Shown here one piece after another: positions 61,326-64,000 of a DNA stretch of 64,000 bases. The DNA lies in contig DAOVJY010000005.1 of the NCBI GenBank assembly GCA_030632085.1, positions 37,476 through 101,475 on the forward strand, written 5' to 3'. A program made the position numbers and the translations under genes. Positions within the stretch are counted from its first letter, which is position 1; the number at the start of each line of letters is the position of its first letter. The notes beneath the pieces are model-generated. The model saw nothing but the letters and a program-made list of their open reading frames with translations. It searched no databases and was not told where the DNA came from. This stretch comes from Candidatus Omnitrophota bacterium (lineage in GTDB: Bacteria > Omnitrophota > Gorgyraeia > JAGLLT01).

Positions 61326-61939
61326 ATTTAATAGAGAAAAAAGACAAACCAGGGGCTGTTAAATTTAAGCGGAGAAGAAGTTTTTTATTGGGTTTTGCTA
61401 ACCTGGAGAGCTTGCGGCTGTCTTTGGGCAGAGGCATAAAACAGAGTTTTGATGTATTTAAAAGTGGTTTAAGAGAGCCAAATCTTAAAGTACTGAATAA
61501 ATTTTTTTTTATTTTCTCGTTTGTTCTCTTAAGCTATTCAATAGCAGGTTTTGTTTTTGGCCGTCCAAGCATAGAGAATGTTTATGAAAAGATTCAGATC
61601 CCGCAAGAAAAAGAACTAGAGGAAAAAGTAACGCCTCCGGCGCGTCCGTTTTTGCATTACTTGAATATGGTACGCAGGAGAAATATTTTCAACCCCGTAG
61701 AGCTAAAAGAACCCGAAAAAGCCGAGGTTAAAGAAAAGCGATTACAAGAAATAGCTAAAGACTTAAGCCTTGTAGGAATATCCTGGGATAAAGAGCCTAT
61801 AGCTATGATTGAGGATAGAGCGGCGAAGAAGACTTATTTTCTTAAAAAAGGAGATTCGATTAACAAATTTAAACTCGATGACATTTTAATAGACAGGGTT
61901 ATCTTAATTCTTGAAGGAGAAAGGATTGAGTTGATGTAA
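61286..61939 (+). CDS. Hypothetical membrane protein, possible secretion-system accessory
   Basis: One TM helix (FFFIFSFVLLSYSIAGFVF); sits between the ExeA-like ATPase and the secretin. Confidence 0.3.
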   Translation: MAKRRITPEEQLLNLIEKKDKPGAVKFKRRRSFLLGFANLESLRLSLGRGIKQSFDVFKSGLREPNLKVLNKFFFIFSFVLLSYSIAGFVFGRPSIENVYEKIQIPQEKELEEKVTPPARPFLHYLNMVRRRNIFNPVELKEPEKAEVKEKRLQEIAKDLSLVGISWDKEPIAMIEDRAAKKTYFLKKGDSINKFKLDDILIDRVILILEGERIELM

Positions 61940-61979
61940 CCTGTTTGGTAGCTGGTTGCTGATTATCATTTAACCAATT

Positions 61980-63665
61980 ATGAAAAAGATAATTTTACTA
62001 TTATTAATACTATTTGTTGTAGGCTGGGGGGCTAGATTAGTCCGCGCGCAAGCCGGGGAGCCTTTAAATCTTAAGCAAATACGAGGTAAGCCTTTAAAGC
62101 CCGATGAACCTCTGAGCCTCAAGCAAACCAGTTTCAGTATGGAAGAGGGGTTGGCCAAAAAAGTTTCCCTGGATTTGCGGGGCATGGATATTGTAGATAC
62201 TATAAAATTTTTATCGATGAAGGGTAACCTGAACATCGTAATCAGTAAAAATGTTGCCGGCAGGATAACACTATTTTTGAAAGATGTAACTATTGGCGAT
62301 ACTCTGGAGGTAATTCTACTTACCAATAAGCTGGCCTGCGAAAAAAAGAAAAATATAATTACTATTATGACCGAAGCCGAATATGAGGGACTTTACGGAA
62401 GAAAATATGTCGACAAAAGAGAAATCAAGACATTCAAGCTTAAATACGCCTTACCTTCCAAGGTGGGAGCGGCCTTAGAGAGCCTAAAAAGTACCATCGG
62501 TAAAGTTATTATGGATGATGCCACGGGTACCATGATTCTCATCGATACCCCTGAGAAGATAGAGGAGATGAAAAAGACCGCCCTCAATCTCGATAAAGGG
62601 CTTGTGGAAAAAGAAATATCCACCACTTCTCAGATATTTGAACTGGAATATGCCGAAACCGCGACCATTGAAGAGAAGATATCGGCAATGTTAAGTGAAG
62701 GTATAGGTTCTGTCCATTCAGACGAGAGGACAAACAGGATTTTAGTGCATGATTTACCCAATAGGCTCAAAGAGATTGAAACGATGGTTGCCGCCTTTGA
62801 TGCCAAGACTAAAGAGGTAGTAATTGAAGTAAAGATTGTAGAGATAACTTTAAATGATGAATTTGCTATGGGTATGAGTTGGGAGCAGGTATTTAACGCA
62901 AGCACAAGAAATGTGAATCTTTTAGGCACCTTTCCTATTACTTATCCCACAGGCGCGACGGGTCAGCATAACAGGATTGCTATAGGGACCTGGAAGCCGG
63001 GGTATTATATAGATGAAGGAACGGCTGACGAAAAATGGTACGGTGGAACTATGGATCCTCGTCAGACCGATCAAGCCTTGAATTTCTTGAGATCGATTGG
63101 CAAAGTAAAGATTATCTCATCTCCTCATATTGCTGTCTGTAATAATGAAGAGGCCAAGATTATGGTGGGCACGCGCCAGCCCTATGCTACCAGCACAATC
63201 TCCCAGAGTGAGACTACCGCCACAACTTCCTGGAGCGCGGAATTTGTAGATGTAGGCATAACCCTTACCGTTACCCCCACTATTAATAAAAGCGGTTTTG
63301 TAAGAATGCGTATCAAGCCGGAGGTAAGCACCCTGACAGGTTGGTTTGAAATAGTCGACGACGCCGGCACCGCGCAAATCCGCCTGCCCGAGGTGGATAC
63401 CTCTAATGCCGAGACAGATGTCCTGGTTGAGGACGGCCGTACGATTATCATTGCCGGGTTAATCAAAGACACAGAGTATAAACGTAGAAAGAGGCTCCCT
63501 ATTCTGGGTGATATTCCGATTCTGGGAGGTTTGTTTGGTTCAACATCTACCGGAGTCATCGGCAAAGAATTAATTATATTTATTACTCCCCGCATCATCA
63601 CAGGGGGGGAAGACCTGCTCTATGTGGAAGAGAACGAAAAAGCTAGGAAACCAAAGAAAAAATGA
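61980..63665 (+). CDS. Secretin (type II secretion / type IV pilus GspD/PilQ family)
   Basis: Signal peptide; N-domains; C-terminal secretin signature VLVEDGRTIIIAGLIKD...LPILGDIPILGGLFG...ELIIFITPRII. Confidence 0.85.
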   Translation: MKKIILLLLILFVVGWGARLVRAQAGEPLNLKQIRGKPLKPDEPLSLKQTSFSMEEGLAKKVSLDLRGMDIVDTIKFLSMKGNLNIVISKNVAGRITLFLKDVTIGDTLEVILLTNKLACEKKKNIITIMTEAEYEGLYGRKYVDKREIKTFKLKYALPSKVGAALESLKSTIGKVIMDDATGTMILIDTPEKIEEMKKTALNLDKGLVEKEISTTSQIFELEYAETATIEEKISAMLSEGIGSVHSDERTNRILVHDLPNRLKEIETMVAAFDAKTKEVVIEVKIVEITLNDEFAMGMSWEQVFNASTRNVNLLGTFPITYPTGATGQHNRIAIGTWKPGYYIDEGTADEKWYGGTMDPRQTDQALNFLRSIGKVKIISSPHIAVCNNEEAKIMVGTRQPYATSTISQSETTATTSWSAEFVDVGITLTVTPTINKSGFVRMRIKPEVSTLTGWFEIVDDAGTAQIRLPEVDTSNAETDVLVEDGRTIIIAGLIKDTEYKRRKRLPILGDIPILGGLFGSTSTGVIGKELIIFITPRIITGGEDLLYVEENEKARKPKKK

Positions 63666-64000
63666 ACAAGATTAGATTATTTAGTATTGTTTTCCGGACT
63701 GTATTAGTTATAATTCTTGTCAGTGCAGCCGCGGTAAGTTTTATAAATTATAGCCGCAAGATGAACAACGAAGTAAAACTCTTAGAAAGAGATTTAGAAA
63801 AGACTAAAGGCGAACTTCAAAAGCTAATCAGGAAAAGCGCTTTTTTGACTGTAGAGAATAAGGATTTGAATAGGGAGTTCCTTTCACTGAAAGAAAACGT
63901 TACAGCCATGCAGCAGGCCAAAGATATGCTGGGCGGCCAGATTGAGGCGTTGTCTTTGGAAAAGAAAAACATAGAAAATAAACTAATAGAATCAACACTC
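63662..64000 (+). CDS. Membrane-anchored coiled-coil protein, partial (runs off window)
   Basis: ATG overlapping the secretin stop; N-terminal TM helix then heptad-rich sequence. No stop before window end. Confidence 0.35.
   Translation, partial: MNKIRLFSIVFRTVLVIILVSAAAVSFINYSRKMNNEVKLLERDLEKTKGELQKLIRKSAFLTVENKDLNREFLSLKENVTAMQQAKDMLGGQIEALSLEKKNIENKLIESTL

Overview
Low-GC bacterial chromosomal window spanning the replication origin. All calls are from reading the sequence and ORF track by eye; no searches or folding were run. Left arm (all minus strand): a partial epimerase, a small CBM-like protein, three paralogous secreted F5/8-type-C glycoside-hydrolase-like proteins with a LacI regulator and a PEP-CTERM protein, a Lys-rich repeat protein, and a 2481-aa surface protein. 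Origin core: parB, parA, a perfect parS, jag-like, yidC, yidD, rpmH, then strand switch to dnaA, dnaN, DUF721, gyrB, gyrA, PilZ-like, serS. Right arm: tRNA-Ser(UGA) abutted by a large serine recombinase and a defence island (HTH/RadC, Type III R-M, a Dcm + dual-GHKL ATPase + receiver-like operon, a Gabija-like OLD nuclease/UvrD helicase pair), then a second tRNA-Ser(CGA), an HTH/ImmA module and a secretin cluster. Most novel candidates: the Dcm-coupled GHKL/receiver-like module (45253-49918), and an inverted-repeat-flanked four-helix-bundle element sitting in-frame inside the giant surface-protein gene (about 18347-18797).
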